Shown here: positions 58,689-64,000 of the stretch, one piece after another
Position numbering within the stretch: position 1 is the first letter of the stretch
How the letters are laid out: every line of letters starts with the position of its first letter
DNA from: Podarcis filfolensis
Lineage: Eukaryota
Strand: one strand, 5' to 3'
DNA: 64,000 nt
Assembly (NCBI GenBank): GCA_964270895.1
Contig: OZ185443.1
Translations under genes and position numbers: made by a program
The notes under the pieces: model-generated
The model's input: the letters and a program-made list of their open reading frames with translations, nothing else
Database searches by the model: none
Told to the model about the DNA's origin: nothing

Positions 58689-59405
58689 AATTTCTCCATT
58701 TTCCCAGCACTAACGATTCCCATTCCCCCACCCATCCCCAACAGGCAAGAAGTGTGGCTGGGAAGAAAACTGGTTCTTCCTTCCTTCCTCCCCCAACTCT
58801 CAGCCTTTAATGGGTCTTCTGTGACATCTTGTAGCAGGAAGTTATCTTACAATGATCCAACGCAATCATTGCACACGAACGCACTCCCACAACAGAAGCC
58901 TTCTCCCTTCCCCTCCCTTATGATAAAGAAGAGCTTTGCTAGGAGAGCGCTCTAGCCCCAGAGCTTTCAAACTTTCCTGCAATTCTTTTTCTTTCTTCTT
59001 CTTCTTAAGACATTGCCCTCTCTCCACACAAAGAATTCTTTTTACGGGTTTTTGTTTTTCATGTGGTTGGCATACCACTCCTACCTTCCGAATTCCCAGC
59101 AGCAGCTCAAACACATAATTTTCTAAAGTATAAGTTTTTTTAAAATAAAATAAAATTAAAGGTTATATTTCAGCTGCATGAGTGAACAAACTTACCTGGC
59201 AGTTTAAAAGATGCCATTGTGCACTGAGTCATTTTTAAAAATAAATCTTATAAAATACACTCTTGAAATGCAACTTCATCTTATACACAGCCTCCTATTC
59301 CACCACTTGGACCTGCAGGCTTGTGGACCAGCAAACTCACTTGTGTCAAGTCATCTCCAGCCTGAAGTCTCTGAGCTCGTTGATGGGAGAGGTATAGCTC
59401 TAGAG

Positions 59406-59533
59406 CAGGGATGGGGAACGTGTTACCCTCCAGAGGTTTCTGGACTACAACTCCCATCATCCCTGGCCGTAAGTCAAGCTGGCTGGGTCTAATGGGGGTT
59501 GTAGCCTAACCCAGTCAAAGCTTCTCCAGCCCT
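59406..59533. mobile_element. Degraded hAT MITE
   Basis: TCTAGAG|CAGGGATGGGGAAC ... GGACTACAACTCCCATC ... CCAGCCCT. Confidence 0.7.
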
Positions 59534-60030
59534 ACCATTAGGTAGAATGAAGCAGTCTGCCACTGACAGTAAAATGTACAACTAAAAACCGACAAATTGT
59601 AAAATGTATTTTATTAATAAGGTGACTCCGTCCACAATATAATCAATGTATGAGCTCCATTTGGATTTTATGCCTCAAGTACAAAAAAGAAAAGAAAAGA
59701 AAAGAAAAGAGGAGACTTGGATCCCAGTATACCTACTAGCAATTTCAATATAATTGAGCAGGGCTGTGCAACTCAATGATATTCTGGGGAAGCCACAAGA
59801 TTCAGCTCAACAGACACGCCATACCCAGAAGAGAGAGGAGGGCAATGTGTATTCTTGTCATTTGGGGCCAGTTCAGTTTTATGCAATTAGAACAGACATA
59901 GCAGCTGCCAGAAGTTGTAAAATAAAAGTTCCAGAGTTTGACACTGCTGTTATCCACTTTGATCAGCCTTTACAGTCTTAACAGTTGAATGAAATGTCAC
60001 CACCACTCTCCTCAAATTTGCTGCCCCGTT

Positions 60031-61040
60031 AACATTAGAAAAGTCCTAGTAAATCAGTTGAAAGGTCTATCTAGTCCATTATCTTGTTCTCAAAGGGGCC
60101 GGCCAGATGCTTGTGGGAAGCCTACAACCAGTATCATTCTCTTGGTGTTTGCCAACAATTGTTATTCTGCCTGTGATCCTGGAAGTCAGATGCAGCCATT
60201 GTGATGAGTAACCTTTGATAGTCTTCCCTCCATGAATTATAGCCCTATTGGTGACCATCACCACATCTTTTGGCAGTGAATGTCATAGTATAGCTATGTG
60301 CTGTGTGAATTATTTTATTTAAAAGCTATATATTTTATATGTACCTGGCACCATCTACAATGTGTTTTAGGCATCAGCTTAAAATGTCCCCCACCCCAGC
60401 AAGTCTTCTCTTGAATATTACCCATATTGTATTTCTGTGAACATGCTGTGTTTTATTATGCATTCTGTATTGATTTGTTTTATTTTTCATTGGTTTTGAA
60501 TTGTGTATTCTGTGTACTGCATAGGCATATTTATATGATTCTGTGGTATGAAAATATTGTCCTTCATTAGGGGATGAGGTGTAGAGAAGTCTGTCCCAAA
60601 TTGCCCACAATTCAGTCAGTCCCTGGTTCTATAAGAGAGAAACCTTTCTCTCCATTCATTTAATATGCACACAATGCCTTTTAAAAATTAAAGTTCTCCC
60701 ATATTTACCCATTTGTCTTCCCCCGCTCTGAACTACAAAATTCCAAACCTTTCCTTGCAGCGATGTTTCTCCAGCCCTCTAGTAAGTTTGCTTGCCCTTT
60801 TCTATACCTTTTCCAGATCTTTAGTATCCTTTTTGAAATCTGGCAAACAGAACTGCACATAGTACACCAAGTGCGGTCACACCATAGAATTGTGTAAAGG
60901 CATCATAATTGTTATTTCTATCCCTTTCTGATGTTCCTAGCATGAAATCTGCCTTTTCTCACAGCTTCTGCACACTGCGGCTGACATTTTTATTCAGCTT
61001 TCCCCTGTGACCTCAGGGTCTCTTTCCTGGCTGTCACCTC
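60031..61040 (-). mobile_element. CR1-type LINE in two pieces (60031-60308 and about 60620-61040)
   Basis: The first piece matches the 54666-54980 family. The second has CR1 RT-region signatures (CAGAACTGCACATAGTACACCAAGTGCGGTCACACCA). Confidence 0.7.
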
Positions 61041-61169
61041 CATCTCAGACACCATGGGGCATCAGATTTTCAGGGGAAACTCTTCAATTTGAGGGGAAAG
61101 GATGGACTTACTGCTTGTGACAATGCAGCAGGACTTTCTCTCTCTCTCTCTCTCTTTTAAACGATAACT

Positions 61170-61472
61170 ATGGCACCCTTTTGTATGCAATTTTGTCGAA
61201 TATATACATTTTTGCAAGCAATTTCCCCAAATAGAAAGCATCTTTGTATGTTATTTTTCTTTGATAGATGCATTTTTATGTACCCTTTACCCTAGTATGT
61301 GCATTTTGTACACATGCCTTGGCTTGCAAAATTTGGAGAAGTGTGATTTTCAAGGATAGCTGCTCTTCAGTTTGTATATTGTTTTGGGAAGTGAAAATTA
61401 GGAAGTGAATTTGGGACATTTGGGAAGTGAAAATTTCAATGAGGATGGAACCAAATTTTGCCCTCATCCCTA
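61170..61472. mobile_element. Fragment of a common lizard non-autonomous DNA element
   Basis: TGCATTTTGTACACA...GCAAAATTTGGAGAAGTG...AAGGATAGCTG...CATCCCTA terminus. Confidence 0.55.
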
Positions 61473-62745
61473 GCTGCCATGCCCTCATTGGCAACCCCTT
61501 AAGCCCTTTGAAAACATTGAGTGGTCCTCCTAAATTCCTGTTTGGGAAGCCTTTTCTTGCCATAACGTTTCTCCCCCCACCTAGCTGAAATTTCTCCTCA
61601 GAGAATGTTAATCAATGTTTCCAGATTTTAAATTCCAGAAATATCTCCCCTGCCCCATTTATACAGATGGTTCTTCTCTGACAGCAGGCCTACTAACAGG
61701 AGGAGAGCAGAAGGTAGCAGCTGTCTTGGACCATTTTTATTTGTACTGCCTTTTGCCAGCATACCGTTATATATAGCTATTATCCGTCTCACCTTTTCAA
61801 ACTGTTTGCCAATGGTTTGGTGAGCAGCAGAGCTGCCCAAGATCTGGTGTACAGGAGGGGTGAATGATAAACACACATTTTACATACGCCATATCCTCAG
61901 GCCCCATACAACAAGAGCCTGAATAAAGGATTATATGTCTAAACCCGCCTCACTGTCTGCAGCCGCAAACCAGACAATTAAATACAGCCCAAGATGTAAT
62001 TAAAACTACTTACAGTATATGGGGGGAATTTGTCAGCATGAAGATAATGGACTCAAAGAGCACTGTTTATCTGAGAATAAAAAAGGATGTGCTCTGCATC
62101 CATCTATCCCCAAAGGATGTATCCTCCGAGGCTAATAAAATAAAGTGCTGTGCTCATTCAGAAGTCTGCTAGCAGAGAGAGTATGGCAACAACCTAATTG
62201 TCAAATCAGGGGCAGCTCCTGCTGAGAAATCAAAACCAGGTTTGGACATTGTCCAGGGTTGAAATGTTGCCTCTCTTTTTTGTTACTGTTGTTGTTTTCT
62301 CAGTTTTGTTGCGCCACATGTGTGCTGTGTTTGAGGCATGTTGACACACACTGCCTTGGCTCATTTAGCATTGCCAAATCAATTGCTCCAAATCCAGTTG
62401 GAAAAGACTTGAAAGGGAAACTGCAGGGCATGTGATTTGGTTAGCTCTCAAGCATCGCTGGAGTTTGGCTGACCTAGTATGGCTTCATCCTGCTGGAGTG
62501 TGGCTGAGCCAGCCTGCCATCATCCTACTGGGCTTCTTCAATTATACATTTCCTCGCTGAACACCAGGGAGATTTTCCAGCCTTTGATTGTACTAGCCAG
62601 ATTTCCCAGTGGCCATCTGAAACATGTTGATATAACTTCTTTTTAAAAATAATTTATATTTATGATTGTGGAGATATCTTGAAGAAACAAAACTGACATA
62701 ATAATGGCAAGCTTTTCTAACAAAATCTACAAAATGTGTGATGTG

Positions 62746-62798
62746 GTGTGTGTGTGTGTGTGTGTGTGTCTTTGTCTTTGTGTCTGTCTGTCTGTGTG
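62746..62798. repeat. Compound (GT)n/(GTCT)n microsatellite
   Basis: Direct reading. Confidence 0.9.
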
Positions 62799-64000
62799 TT
62801 ACAGCAAAGCACTTTTAGTGAATCTACTAAAATGGAAAATTAATGATCTCAAAATACGAATTTTGCTGACTTGCAATACTCAGTTGAGTAGTTCCCTTGC
62901 CCCAACATAGTTGTTCCATTAGTAATTAGAAGTCAAGATACTTTGTGAGGATGTGTGCCAATTTTGCTCCTGCATAGTTTGCATTAACTGGAGTCTGCAT
63001 TTAGGATACATAGCTGCGGTTGGTGCATGACCAGAAGTTGGTTATGCAGGAATGAAACTATACCAGTTGCTGAAACTGACCTGAATTTTTCAGACAGGAA
63101 TGCATTCTGCAACACATGCACCATAGTTTGTCTCCTAGGAAGTCAATTGGCTTTGGACTGTGTTACAAACTATTCAATTTAGCTGGAGTCAAGGTGGGTG
63201 AGGATTTTACTGGGTAAGTGAGGAAAGTCAAAGCCTGCTGTTTCCTTTAGGTTTTGGTCAGAGTAGTATTCCATTACCACCCATGCTACAAGTCCCATGC
63301 GGCACTGCAGTGATTCAATTTTAGAGCTCTAAAGTTTTTATTACTATTTTTAAAATGTTCAACAATTCATATTTGCACATCACAAAGCATTTCTGAGCAC
63401 GCATGAAGTGAGCCAGCTTTATGTCATGGTTTGGACTTTGAAGGAAGCAAGTCTGCTGTTTGATTTTGATTGATCAAACCATTGCATCCAGTCCTTCTGT
63501 CAATCCAGCAATGCTTGAGAGCTAACCAAAGCTTGTAATTGCCCCAGTCATGTAGATATGGTGATGGGGGTGAGGATCTCATTTAAACAAGCAAAAGGGA
63601 CCATATGGGTGAGGAGGACTGAAAAACTCCCCCTTTTGTAGCTTGGACTACATGCATCCCCTTTCCCCAAGGACTTTTCTCTAAGCCACAAGTCTATCTT
63701 TATGAGCTTCCATAGAAGTACATTGGTCACATATTACTTGATTTCTGGACCAGCTCCAGAATGCGAATTCTGAGACAGCAACAGAAGACTGAACTCAAAG
63801 CGAGCGCTTAAATTAATGCCTCTTCCTTCTCACTTGCAATGTAAACTTTTCCTGAATGGGCAAAGTAGTCCATTTCCCCAAGTGTTTTACAACACTTATT
63901 ATATCACAAATTAGAAAGCCTGGCCTTTACAATGGGATTTCAGAGGTTATGCTATTAAGAGTTTCTACCCATTGTGGGCAGGTTGGAAGAAGAAGATTTG

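Noticed and set aside
1-64000. CRISPR arrays, operons or prokaryotic defence systems
   Set aside because: No regularly spaced repeat-spacer array and no bacterial gene structure; the DNA is vertebrate and repeat-rich.

Overview
Vertebrate nuclear DNA from a squamate, most likely a lacertid lizard. The basis is the repeat complement: Podarcis-type Sauria SINEs, Squam3, Bov-B, and lacertid-type Tigger-like and Harbinger-like MITEs. The window is repeat-rich and appears intronic or intergenic. I could not assemble or name a host protein-coding gene; only isolated candidate exons with good splice sites are visible. The dominant feature is a 4,909-bp Gypsy/Ty3 LTR retrotransposon on the minus strand (32302-37210). 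It has two 350-bp LTRs with no difference I could find, an 18-nt tRNA-Ser(GCU) primer-binding site, a PPT, and a single gag-pol frame broken by one in-frame TGA (probably CGA>TGA at a CpG). Other notable items: three short Penelope-like terminal relics carrying degenerate hammerhead-ribozyme cores, a 5S rRNA-derived SINE, a solo LTR of a second family, an unclassified CpG-rich ~290-bp insertion nested in a palindromic MITE, and several candidate enhancer/CTCF elements. There is one 137-N assembly gap. No CRISPR array, true tRNA/rRNA gene or prokaryotic system is present. Family names come from recalled consensus sequences, not from a database search.
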